DNA from: Azolla caroliniana
Lineage: Eukaryota > Plantae > Polypodiophyta
Length of the DNA stretch: 64,000 bases
NCBI GenBank assembly: GCA_043228905.1
Contig: JBHGNT010000007.1
Coordinates: 7,130,001-7,194,000, forward strand
Direction: 5' to 3'
Below are positions 37,609 through 50,169 of this stretch, piece by piece (within the stretch, counting starts at the first letter, position 1; the number at the start of each line of letters is the position of its first letter). Both the position numbers and the translations under genes were made by a program. Under the pieces are notes generated by a model. It was not told where the DNA came from and searched no databases. It was given only the letters and a program-made list of their open reading frames with translations.

Positions 37609-38935
37609 TACCTCATGACCATCTCTGGAGGTGAATGGAAGAACTCAAGGTGTCAAGTGAATATATTCTTGCAATCTCCCGAATGTATGAGAAGGTTATA
37701 TGTTGTGTGTGTATGAGCGATAACCTTTCAGATTTTTTCGATAGCACTATTGGTGTGAAGCAATGATGCCCACTCTCACCAATTCTATTTGGTCTATGCA
37801 TTCATGAATTGGAAGAAGTGGTTGCCATGTTTGTAAAGGAAGAAGGTGTTGAAGAAGTTGCAATTGGGAATGTTGTCATTATGATTTTGCTATATGCGGA
37901 TGATGTAGTGTTTTTTGCAAATACTTTAGGAGATGCACAAAAGCTTATGAAGGCATTGGAAAATTTTGGATGCATATGAACTTAAATGTTAATAGCTCTA
38001 AAACAAAGATTATGCTTGTGAAGAGCCAAAAAAGAGATAAGACATGTGTTATGTACAATAATGAGCCATTTCAATGTGTGGAAAGCTTCAAATATCTTGG
38101 CCTTGAAGTTCCTTCAAATCATAGATGGAATGAATGTGCTACACGCTGCTTAGAGGCGGGAAAGCGAGCATATTATGCATTTGAGAACACATGCAATCAT
38201 AGAGATATTAAGTGTTGGGACCTCAAGGAATACCTGTTCGACACTTTGGTGACCTTGGTGCTTCTCTATGGGGTGGTAGCATCCCTAAATCTACTTCGAA
38301 AGAGTTTGAAAATGTCCAAAAACATTTTCTTACAAAGTTTCTACAAGTTAAGAAACAAACGCCATACACCCTCCTCCTCATTGAGACGGGATCACTTCCC
38401 ATTGAGATCTTGACCATGGAAAGGGTTGTTGAATACATGCTTAAGGTTCAAAAAAGTCCATCACATCGACTTCCTAGAATTGCATGGGAAACTGTACACA
38501 TCAATACATGTTAGAGCTCATTCCGTTCGTTGGCTTTTATTCAAACCATTTCTTCCATGCGACTTAGCTCACATGCATTGCGATGTGAGCTGGGGTGTTG
38601 GGACACAAGTGATGAGAGTGGTCGACTATGCACACTTTGCCCTAAACAAGTTCGAGAGTCTGAGTATCACACTTTGATACAATGCTCTGCCTTTGATCAT
38701 ATTCGACCATGCTTTCCACACATTTTCGACCAAGCCCAATCCTTGCACGAATTTCTCTCACAACCACAATGTGCACTCTCGATTGCGACATTCATTGGTA
38801 AAGTTCTTGAACATCGAGAGTCGCTATTCACTTTCACATGTATCACATGAAATGTAATTGTTTTGGTCTCATATGTCATATTTGAGTCTTGACCTCCGAA
38901 GACGATAACATAATCTCTCTCTCTCTCTCTCTCAC
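37609..38935 (+). mobile_element. non-LTR retrotransposon 3' part (RTE/RTEX-like)
   Basis: GVKQ*CPLSP, LLYADDVV, FKYLG, RLSSHALRCELG, C-terminal CTLC..ESEYH..C and a (TC)n tail at 38914-38933. Clade call tentative. Confidence 0.8.
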
Positions 38936-41900
38936 TCTGTCAATTTGTCTACCTCTCTCTTGGAAGGGAAGCCATCAATTATGATCTCAGGCAAGGAATG
39001 TATGCTTGAATCGACCAATAGATGATGCTTACGGAGGAGACATGCATCGGATGAATGCATGTAGATGCAACGATTCATTCCATGACGAGGCATTCATCCA
39101 TCATAGCTCAAACCCATCATCATCATCATGTATGCATGTGTTCCATGGCATGATGCATCCATCAACGTGTCTATTATGACACAAATCATAAAGAGGGCTG
39201 GTGAGGGAATCGCAGCCACAAACGGTGGAGGTCGCTCAAAGGAAGGCGCGTGCGATCTGCATCGTCAGATTTCGATAAGAAACAGGGCACGAAAGAAAAA
39301 GTTCTATAGAGGTCGCCCAACCGCAGGTAAGTTTATATTAAGTTGGTTGCCCAACCAACGTAATCATTGACGTAGGTCGCCCAACTATATATTTTTAAAA
39401 CGGTTGGGTGATTGGTTTAAGCAAGTCGCCCAATAGTAGGTAAGTTTATATTGAGTTGGTCGCCCAACCAACTCAATATAAGATGCAGGTCGCCCAACCG
39501 ACGACTATAAAAGCCTGAAACCTATCATTATCTCTCATTTTTTCAAACGAGATTGACAAGGTTTTTTTGCTGGGAAAGAAAACTATCGTCAAGCAACCTG
39601 CAATCGACATAAGTGGTAATCAATCTCCTCCATCACTATTCCCAGGTATGTACTAAACCCTATTATATCACTTTTTCTGATTTTTTTTACATGTGGTAGG
39701 AATAGTTGAGGGATTAGGGTTTGGCATAGTTGAGGGATTAGGGTTTTACTACATAAAAGGAAGGAATAGACTATATAGAGAGCATCTAATTATTGCAACA
39801 TGATAAGTAGGATATAACATATAGGGAGATTTGGAAGTGAGGGATTAGGGTTAAAGGTTTAGGGTCATAAAGTACATGGGTCGTACCATCACTGAATCAT
39901 GGAGATCATTGCTGACCATGTTTGATCCACACAAGAAAACCTAGATACACTTGTTGAACTTCGTCATAGTCTCATTCCACCACACCAACTAACCTAATCA
40001 TTCTACCACAAGCATTAAGATAATGATGATGGAGCTTTGGGAAATTTAGAGCTTGTATTTCTATTTCAATATGGATGACACATGGATTCAGCCATATTTG
40101 CAATCATAATTTGTGTCATGGGTTGATTTTGGCCTCTAGCAAATGTTAACAGATTTTCTTCATCACTTTAAGGTTTGGATGAATGTCATTCTATTTCTTA
40201 AGGAACATAACCAAGCTTTGGTTTTCAATGAATTTAAGTTGTAATGAGATCTTTTGACAAGGCAACAATGATATGATCGTTTAATGTATATGAGATCATG
40301 ACAACTCAACAATACCTAAAATGCAAATTTTAGTGCTTGATATGTGTAAATGAATGCCATGGCTCCAGTCGTTGCTAAAAGACTGCTTCTTGAGGCAATA
40401 TCATGGTGGCCAGATTGCGTATTGGTAGCCTCCCAAATGGCACTGAACGTTTGACATCGATTCTTGATTGTCTATTCATGGATGAGACATGGAAAACATA
40501 AACCCTTTTTTATTGAGGTGAAGAGATGTATCATTTCCAACATAATTTAGTAGTTGAATGCACTCTTCTATTTAAAGATTAGTTGATGATAAATGTGCAA
40601 GTGAATCATTAGGTAATCATCGTGCAAATGTTGTCATTTGTGAATTGTGTGTTCATAAATAACTTATTTTAATGGTTTGGTACATGGTTTGGTCACCATT
40701 TCACACGTTTAAAGTTAGTAATGTTTACATATGAAAGTTTCCATTTAGAAATGTTTTGGTTGTTTTGGTTCTCTTCTAGACTGTATACATACTAAAAAAG
40801 GAACAAAGGGAAAGGAGTACAAGCATTGACCATTTCCGAACAATGGGTTGTATATGAATAAGTGATGTAAACATATGCAAGTGACGATGCTATATTAGAT
40901 ATACTTAGATAAATCTGCATATGGCCACATTTATGTCTTCAAGTTTTAACATCTTTTTTTGTAATTTACTATGAAACTTGGGCTAACAGGTATCCTTGAG
41001 AAAGCAAACGATAACGCTTTTGATCAATCACAAATTTGTGCCAGCCTCAACAACAATGCATCAGTAACTGTAAGTTTTTTAATATAACATCTAATCTTCT
41101 GGTAATGCTACAAATGCAAATTTTATTTTGTACGAATCTGTGCTAGTCTCAACGACACAGAATAACCAATGTTAATCTTTTGGCAATGTCATATGTGATT
41201 ATTTTTTGTACAAATTTGAGCTAGGATTCACAATGAAGCATTGATAATGTAAGTTTCTGCATATAACAAGTAATGTTGTATTAACTCCATAAGTCCTTCT
41301 TTGCTTCTTTAAATTGTTCTTTTTTCATAATGCAATGCTAGTAGCTACTAACGCTGTGAAAGCAGCAACATGTGAAGCAGAATGCCAGTACATATCGAGT
41401 GAAAAGGCTAAGGGCATGGTAATAACAAGTATTTCGTTGTGTCCTACTATGTCTATTATTTAAGGTCGTACATGGTCAAACTGATGTCTATATTTGTATG
41501 TTATGAAGAAATGACATTGAATTGTACGTTCAAGTCCATTCAGATTTTATTTGATCACATAGAATGTGGTTCGAAACTATACTTAATTGAGCACATAAAA
41601 TAATTCATTCATGTGGGTATTTCTCTTTGGGTTGTGGACAAATAAACATAGGGAAATAATTTGGTCCCACTCACTCGCTGTCAATATCTGTCTGCTCCAT
41701 TACTCATCAAAATATCCCAGCCAGTCCTTATAATATGTGGGTATATGAGATATCATTGTTTAAGACATCATATCCAACAAAATGATGCAATTATATTTAT
41801 CTCTAATTCAGTGACCAAAATGATTTGCTTGAATGGTGGTAGATGGCTTCCAAGTCCAAGTACAAAGATTGTTTGGATTTCGATAACAGTGACATATATC

Positions 41901-42000
41901 CAACTCAAAATAGGTATGTGACGAACCAATTTCCCCTAATACTGGTTTAGGGTTTGATGCATGTATGTTCACTCGTGATTTGTTAAAGGGTCTTTGTTAG

Positions 42001-43800
42001 AAGACATTGGAGAAGTTCGTCAGCCGACATGTCTAAGGGTGGGGAGAGAATGGATCAGACACTAGTGGTTCATCCGCCTCAGATCAAGCCGATACATGTC
42101 ATGGCAACATTTGACCAAGATGCTCCTCCAAATGGTATGTGGATGTGGTGTCGTTGCAATATGTCAATCTTTATGTCAATCTTAAATATGTAACACATAC
42201 AGAAGGAACAGATGCTCCTCGCCCAGACTCATTGTATAAGGTTGGAAGAGATGCAAATGGGAACAAGGCCCATGTGTGTATCTATATTGAGTATTGCCGT
42301 CTCTCGCCAAGGTGGTATCGCAAAAAAAGTGACATGGAATCACATTTACGCAGGGAACATGGAATAGATATAGTCCTACCACGAGGGATGTGTATAGAGG
42401 AGGAGGCGGGTACTCCGGGGGCATGCTTTAATAGCAATGAGCCTTAGAGATCACTTAGAAGATTCATGGACCTCGATATCAAGTACAATAGAAATCAGCA
42501 AACATATATCCGGAAGTTGAAGGTTAGGGCTATTTTGAGGTACAACTCTATTCCCGCTGAACTCCGTCTTGGCACAGAGGCAGAGTTCGTGGCGCGATTT
42601 ATGGACAACGAGATGGCCATATACGACTCCAAAAAGGATGAGTGTTTGGAGATGTTGACGAAGAAGATAAGATCCGGTTTGGATTCTTATGTAAGTATGA
42701 GCGAGGATTTCATTTGAGATATGTGTTGGAGGGTTTATTGGCAGAATTCAGATAATAACATGTGTCTTATTGTGGTGAGATAGCGTAAAAAGGCGGGGAT
42801 ATCCACCCAACCGCAAGGTGTGTCCACGGATGTGAGTGAGACTCTAAACCCATCTGAGGGTGGTGTGTCCACTCCACCAAGATAGAGACGACAGAAGATG
42901 CCAGTCTGACGGAAGGAGGTCGAATCAAACACTAGTCTTTATGTCACCCTAACATCAGATTCAGATGACGTTGCATCGGATGTGGCCACAGTTCAATTTC
43001 AGCACGGCAAGGGCATAAGGTTGTGGATCCAAACTTTCTATGCATTCAGGTACTAGCTGACCTACCAACGTCTCGATATGGCCCTTGACGTTATCGAGTC
43101 AGATCTTGAGACCATGTGCAAGTGTCGTGAAATGGCATCGACGTGGACTATGACCTTATTCTTGTTGTTTATGGAGTACTCGCTACCCCCCGAGGTGATA
43201 GAACGCTTCACCATTGTCAACCCGTTGTGGGTGTAACTACACCAGCAGATGGTGAAGGGGCAAGCCATCCTTAGGAAGGTGGTTGAACGTGATTTTATGC
43301 TCATTCCGATCGTGCTTGACGGCCATTAGGTGTTGTGGATGAAGATGCGACAGAAAGTTTCTAAGCTTACCAGCAAAGTAGTCTTTTGCAATCCATTAAA
43401 CAATGCGGCGACTGACAACGTGCAGAGAATGGCAGAGTTGGCGATTTGGACCATTTCATCTGAACTGTCAGACCACACCATTGTGTCTGAGGGTTGACAT
43501 CACGTATTGCACATGCCAACTCAGCCAAATTATTGGGATTGTGGCTTTTACGTGATGAAGACTATCTAGATGTTCGTGGAAGAGTTCTTACGAGGATGGA
43601 TATCTCCGACTTTTGTAAGTGTAATTGCAATGCCTTATTCATGTGGATTGTGTATAGATGTGTTGTTATACATATTTGGTGACAGGGCACAGAGATGTGG
43701 TTCACCAAACGCGAAGTGGATTCACTTCGGATTCATGTGGACAAGTGGTCATGAAGGGTACTAGGATTTGCACCTGCGACTGATAGCCCCATATTGTAAA
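42001..43800 (+). pseudogene. MULE-borne spliced gene: C2H2-like zinc finger plus Ulp1/C48 SUMO-protease-like domain
   Basis: Manual translation: CIYIEYC..HLRREH; FMLIPIVLDGH*VLW (His 43324); VVFCNPL; PTQPNYWDCGFYVMK (Cys 43540); WFTKREVDSLR. GT-AG introns at ~42135-42201, 42691-42783 and 43615-43685; several in-frame stops. Confidence 0.78.
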
Positions 43801-43948
43801 TTTTGTGTCTGTTGTTTTTAGCACATATTTTGTTATAGAGCTAATGTTGTAACTATATTTTGGAATCCACACAAATTTTGTATAGCGAGAATCGACTCAT
43901 TGTATATCGTGAGTACTTATTAATGGAAAAGTTGTTTACAACAAGTGT

Positions 43949-44066
43949 TTATCTCAAGTTGATTTGTTGTTTTAAACCAATCTCAAGTTGTTATCTCAAG
44001 TTGATTTGTTGTTTTAAACCAATCTCAAGTTGTTATCTCAAGTTGGTTTGTTGTTTTAAACCAATC
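43949..44066. repeat. 42-bp tandem repeat (about 3 copies), target of copia H
   Basis: TTATCTCAAGTTGATTTGTTGTTTTAAACCAATCTCAAGTTG at 43949, 43991 and 44033; degenerate continuation after 49512. Confidence 0.9.
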
Positions 44067-44121
44067 TGTTGGGATTACGGTCCCTCCGGATGGGATGGTC
44101 GGATGTCCGGGAATCGGGAAT

Positions 44122-44260
44122 GAAGACCCAGTTCCGGAGCCGGATGATGAAGACCCGGTTCCGGATCCGGATGATGAAGACCCCAGCTACGGAGCCGGAT
44201 GATGAAGACCCCGGCTACGGAGCCGGATGATGAAGACCCCGGTTACGGAGCCGGATGACG
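44122..44260 (+). repeat. 27-28-bp tandem repeats in copia H U3 (5 copies, also 48891-49029)
   Basis: GAAGACCC(C)GG(T/C)T(C/A)CGGAGCCGGATGAT units. Confidence 0.92.
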
Positions 44261-44751
44261 AATGTACCCGGAGAGAGATCCGGATGCGGGGACATATTTG
44301 TGAATATGTTTGCCAAGGGCCCTTGAGGCTATATTTGTAAATAGCCCGAAAGTCATATGTGTATAAATATGACTTAGGGCAAACAGTTTTGTAGTTGTTA
44401 CTCATTTTTCTGGTTTTCCACTTAGTGGGAGCTAAGTGAGCAGCCGAGAGAGAGAGAGAGAGAGAGAGAGACGAAGAGGTCGTTGCCTCTGTGTATTACC
44501 GCCGCCTGTGGCGAAGACAGTGAGCTCAAGGTTGTTGCCTTGTAGCTTCACCATTGTACATCTCTGTGTATAGTGATAGTTGGAGTTTGAGGACTCCCGT
44601 GGTTTTTCCCACTTAGGGTTTTCCACGTAAAATATCCTGTGTACTCTTCTCTCTATTGTCTTCGTGCATTTTTGTATTTCCTGTTTTCTGTGAGTTGATC
44701 CTATTCCTCGGTTGTGGCCGAGCACTGTGTTTGACAAGTGGTATCTGAGCG

Positions 44752-47700
44752 ATGGTAACACAGAAAATGGAAGGCGGCGGTAGTGGGCCCCCGGGCATGA
44801 TGGTGTTGAACTCACAGAACTACGCCGACTGGAAGATAAAGATGGAAGACCTTCTCATCGTCCGAGACCTGTACGAACCGATCGACAATGCCGAGATACC
44901 CAAGGGAGTAATAGAGTCGGAGTGGAAGCTCCTGAACCGGAAAGCCGTAGCGACGATCCGGCAATATGTCGATGTAAGTGTTCTGCAACATGTGGCGAAC
45001 GATACGAACGCCTATGAGATGTGGCAGAAGCTGTCCGGACTGTATGAGAGGAAGAATGCTCTGACCCGGACCTCCCTGATGAGGAAGATAGTGAATCTTA
45101 AGTACCGGGACGGCGAGAGCATGGTCGAACACGTCAGCACGTTCATGGGATTCGTGAACCAGCTTGCGGCGATCAAGTTCCCGTTGGATGACGCAATGCA
45201 AGCCATCATGCTGATGTGTACCCTTCCGGAGAGCTGGGAGAATTTGGTAGTTACTCTCAGCACCTCCTGTAAGGAAGAGAACTTGTCTTTACTAACGGTA
45301 AAGACAAGTATTCTAAATGAAGAAGCGCGTCGGAGAGATAAAGAACCGGCCTCCGACTCGAAGGCGCTGCTTACCGAATCGGAACGGGGAAGACAACGGA
45401 ACCGGAGTCCGCAAAGACGGGAGAAGTCGGGGACACGGTCGCAGTCGAGGGGAAGACCTACATGCTTCTACTGTGGGAAGCCGGGGCACTTCCAAAAGAA
45501 CTGTCGGCATTTCCGGAAAGACAATGGAACCGACGGTACCGATTCGAAGAAGTCACCGGAGCGAAACGGTGCATACCGGGGAGCCACGGACCGGAGAGGT
45601 CCGGATCGGCGAGGGTAGGACCGGAAAGGAACGACGGCACTTGCGGCAAGTGAAGAAGAGATAATGCTCATTACCGAAGAGAGGGAGCTGAACCTTGCCG
45701 GTGAAGAGATGACCTGGGTGGTCGATTCCGGAGCGTCGTTCCACCTGACCCCGGAGAAGAAATACTTCTCATCCTACACAGCCGGTGAGCACGGCTGTGT
45801 CCGGATGGGAAATGAAGGTACATGTCGGATTGCCGGCATAGGAGACGTGTGGCTGATGACATCAACCGGATGCAAGATGCTGCTGAAGGATGTCCGACAC
45901 GTTCCGGAGGTTCGATTGAACCTGATTTCGGCCGGGAGGCTAGACGATGAAGGCTACACGGGTAGCATCCGGAACGGTGTCATGAAGTTCAGCAGAGGGA
46001 GCCTGATAGTGGCTTGGGCCCGGAAGGTCAACACACTGTACCTGATGAACTCCCGGCTATGTCCGGAGGAGCTGAACGTGGCAGCTGACACTGCCGGTGA
46101 GCTATGGCACAAGAGACTGTGCCACATGAGCGAGAAGGGGATGAAGAGGCTTGCCGAAGACAACCTGATACCGGTAAAGCACGTACACTTGGGGAAGTGT
46201 ACCGACTGTCTGGCCGGTAAGCAAAACCGGACCTCCTTCCGCTCAAGACCACCGATGAGACGTAGTGTACCATTGGAGTTGGTACACACTGATGTGTGTC
46301 AGGTAGAAACGAAGTCACATGGCGGAGCCCAGTACTTCGTAACATTCATAGATGACCATAGCCGGAAGCTGTGGACGGCACCGGTGAAGACAAAGGACCA
46401 AGTATTGTCCGTCTTCAAAGAACTCCACGCGAGAGTGGAAAGAGAATCCGGCAAGAAGCTGAAAGCACTACGAGCGGATAACGGAGGAGAATACCGAGGG
46501 CAATTTGAGGAGTATTGCCGTTCGATGGGAATCCGGCTCGAGTTTACTGTGCCGAAGACGCCGGAACTGAACGGGCTGGCCGAGAGGATGAACCAGACCA
46601 TAATGGAGAGGGTCCGGAGTATGCTAGCACATGCGAAATTACCCAAGGGATTTTGGGCTGAGGCAATGTCGACGGCGACATATGTGATAAATAGATCACC
46701 CTCAGTACCCCTGGATGGAGACACGCCGCAGAGAGTGTGGACCGGTAGGGAAGTATCCTACCGGCATCTGAAGGTGTTCGGGTGTCTCGCATACGTGCAT
46801 GTGGCAAAGGACCGGAGAGGAAAGTTAGATCCAAAGACCCGGCCATGCATATTCCTCGGTTACGGCGATGACGAGTTCGGCTACCGAGTATGGGACCCGG
46901 TCGACAAAAAGATATTCCGGAGTCGTGATATCATCTTCATGGAGGACAAGACACTCGCCGACTGGGAGTCGGAGAAGAAGATGAAGAGCTCCAAGTCGAC
47001 CGGTGAGGATCAACTCTACGAGGAGCAGTCCCGACCGGCAAGGGACCGGTTAGCACTCGAGGATCCGGCCGAAGACGGTGAAGAAACAGAACCGGCCGAG
47101 GAAGATGAAACTGATACCGGAATCGGCCCCGATCCCGGAATGGATTCGAATGAAGAGGAAACGGAGGAGCCGGTTACCGAAGCTCCGGAACGGAGATATC
47201 CTCTAAGAGAGAGAAGGGCCCCCCGGAGATTTCTGGAACCAGAGCACGTGCTGCTAACCAACGAGGGGGAGCCGGAGAGTTTTGAAGAAGCAAAGCTTGA
47301 CACCCATAGCCGCAGGTGGTTAAGTGCCATGCAGGAGGAGATGGATTCCCTGCATGAGAACCACACATATGAACTTGTGGAGTTGCCGAAAGGAAAGTGG
47401 GCACTTCGAAACAAGTGGGTGTTCAAGCTGAAACCGGGAGATGCCGGAAACCCCCCGAGATACAAAGCCAGGATCGTGGTGAAGGGGTACCAGCAGAAGA
47501 AGGGCGTCGACTTCGACGAGATATTTGCCCCGGTAGTGAAGATGACCTCCATCCGGACGGTGCTGAGCATAGCGGCAAGCATGGACCTCGAGGTAGAACA
47601 GATGGACGTGAAGACGGCATTCCTTCACGGTGACCTCGAAGAAGAGATCTACATGCAGCAACCGGAAGGATTCGAGAAGAAAGGGAAGGAGCACCTGGTA

Positions 47701-48825
47701 TGCCGGTTGAAGAAGAGCCTTTACGGACTGAAGCAGGCTCCCCGGCAGTGGTACCGGAAGTTCGACTCCTTCATGACCGACGAAGGGTACCACAAAACGC
47801 AGTCCGATCACTGCGTGTTTGTGAAGAAGTTCGAAGGAGGAGACTTTCTAATACTCCTCCTGTACGTGGACGACATGTTGATCGTCGGACGGGACCAGGT
47901 CAAGATACGGATGTTGAAGAAAGCGCTTCACCGAACCTTCTCAATGAAGGACCTGGGTCCGGCGAGGCAAATACTAGGGATGCACATCATCCGGGACCGG
48001 AAGAAGAAGCAGTTGTGGCTGTCACAGGAGAAGTACGTGACAAAGGTGCTTCACCGGTTCAACATGTCGGAAGCAAGACCGGTCGAGTCAACCCTCCCGG
48101 CAAACTGCAAGTTGTCCAGCAAGCAAAGCCCCAAGACAAAGGCTGAGAAGGAGGACATGATGAAAGTACCATATGCCTCTGCCGTCGGAAGCTTGATGTA
48201 CGCAATGGTGTGTTCAAGACCGGACATAGGATATGCAGTCGGAGTGGTGAGTCGGTACATGAGCAATCCCGGCAAGGCCAAGTGGATACTCCGATACCTG
48301 AAGGGCACGGCAAACGTGTGCCTCCGATTCGGCTCCGGTAAGCCCGAACTCGACGGCTTTACCGATTCGGATATGTCGGCTGATGCAGATACCAGCCGGT
48401 CCACATCAGGGTATGTGATGACGTATGCAGGGGGAGCTGTTTCGTGGCAGTTGAGGCTGCAGAAGACGGTTGCACTGTCAACCACGGAGGCGGAGTACAT
48501 GGCGGCTGTTGAAGCCGGCAAGGAAATGATATGGATGAAGGACTTCATTAGAGAGCTCGGTATCCGGCAGGAGGAGTACCGACTCTACTGCGACAGTCAG
48601 AGTGCCATCCACCTTGCGAAGAACGCGGCCTATCACTCCCGGACGAAGCACATCCAGCGAAGATATCACTGGATCCGGGAAAGGATAGAAGACCAGGAGT
48701 TCGTGCTGACGAAGATCCACACGGACGAGAACGGGTCAGATATGCTGACCAAAGTGCTCACACCCGACAAGCTGGAAGCGTGCCGGAAGAGGGTCGGACT
48801 GGAAAGACATCCCATGCCGAAGTGA
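44752..48825 (+). CDS. copia H gag-pol, single frame with one internal TAG (45616-45618)
   Basis: Zinc knuckle CFYCGKPGHFQKNC, WVVDSGAS, LNGLAERMN, MDVKTAFLHG, YVDDML and SDMLTK. ORFs at 44752 and 45664 share a frame. Confidence 0.9.
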
Positions 48826-49212
48826 AGGGGGAGTTTGTTGGGATTACGGTCCCTCCGGATGGGATGGTCGGATGTCCGGGAATCGGGAATGAAGACCCGG
48901 TTCCGGAGCCGGATGATGAAGACCCGGTTCCGGATCCGGATGATGAAGACCCCGGCTACGGAGCCGGATGATGAAGACCCCGGCTACGGAGCCGGATGAT
49001 GAAGACCCCGGTTACGGAGCCGGATGACGAATGTACCCGGAGAGAGATCCGGATGCGGGGACATATTTGTGAATATGTTTGCCAAGGGCCCTTGAGGCTA
49101 TATTTGTAAATAGCCCGAAAGTCATATGTGTATAAATATGACTTAGGGCAAACAGTTTTGTAGTTGTTACTCATTTTTCTGGTTTTCCACTTAGTGGGAG
49201 CTAAGTGAGCAG

Positions 49213-49247
<35 letters not shown>

Positions 49248-49579
49248 GAAGAGGTCGTTGCCTCTGTGTATTACCGCCGCCTGTGGCGAAGACAGTGAGC
49301 TCAAGGTTGTTGCCTTGTAGCTTCACCATTGTACATCTCTGTGTATAGTGATAGTTGGAGTTTGAGGACTCCCGTGGTTTTTCCCACTTAGGGTTTTCCA
49401 CGTAAAATATCCTGTGTACTCTTCTCTCTATTGTCTTCGTGCATTTTTGTATTTCCTGTTTTCTGTGAGTTGATCCTATTCCTCGGTTGTGGCCGAGCAC
49501 TGTGTTTGACACAATCTCAGGTGTAAACCAATTGATTTGCGCTTTTAAACCAATCTCTTCGAAAAAGCTATTTTAAACC

Positions 49580-50145
49580 AATCGATCACCCAACCCTTGT
49601 AAAAAACATCAATGGTAATAAACCAGGTTGCCCAAACCTCTTAAAATTAATCCTCTCATAACCCAAGTCACCCAAACCTCTTAAACCTCATTCTCTCATA
49701 ATCCAGGTCGTCAAACCTGTTTAAATATGGAAAATAAGCAGGTCGCCCAACCTATATTTACCAGGTCACCCAACCCTCGTAAAAAACATCGATGGTAATA
49801 AAGAAGGTCGCCCAAACCTGTTAAAAATCCTTCTCTATCCTAAACCAGGTCACCCAACCGTTTAAAAAAAAAGCTCGCGATCAGAATCCAAGTCACCCAA
49901 CCTGTTAATCACATTTGGCCAAAAAAATGGTCATATTAACATGTAAATTAATCACATTTTAAGTCACATTAAACCCTTCACCGTCATTTTAATCAGATCT
50001 GATTCCATCTCCAATTAATTACCTCTTAACATTAGATTCAATTAATCACATTCTTTGTCTTAATAAAGTTCAATTAATCACATTCTCTGACTTAATTAGG
50101 TTCAATTAATCACATTCTCTGTCTTAAATTACCTCTGATTAATCA
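49580..50145 (+). repeat. short-motif arrays upstream of the MULE transposase
   Basis: About 9 copies of (A/G)GTC(G/A)CCCAA(A)CC in 49580-49905, then about 6 copies of TTAATCAC(ATT) in 49905-50145. Confidence 0.85.
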
Positions 50146-50169
50146 CTACAAGAATTAGAAGTTGTCGAG

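Larger units (their letters stand above)
44067..49511 (+). mobile_element. young full-length Ty1/copia element (copia H, Tnt1/Tork-like)
   Basis: LTRs 44067-44736 and 48836-49511 differ by about 2 substitutions plus (GA)n length. TSD CAATC (44062-44066, 49512-49516), PBS TGGTATCTGAGC 44739-44750, PPT 48821-48833. Confidence 0.98.

Noticed and set aside
39128-39370. Small ORF sharing a peptide with 53491-53709 (QIIKRAGEGIAAT)
   Set aside because: The similarity simply reflects the two TIRs of the MULE.
43949-44260. CRISPR-like array
   Set aside because: Head-to-tail tandem repeats with no unique spacers, eukaryotic context and no cas genes.
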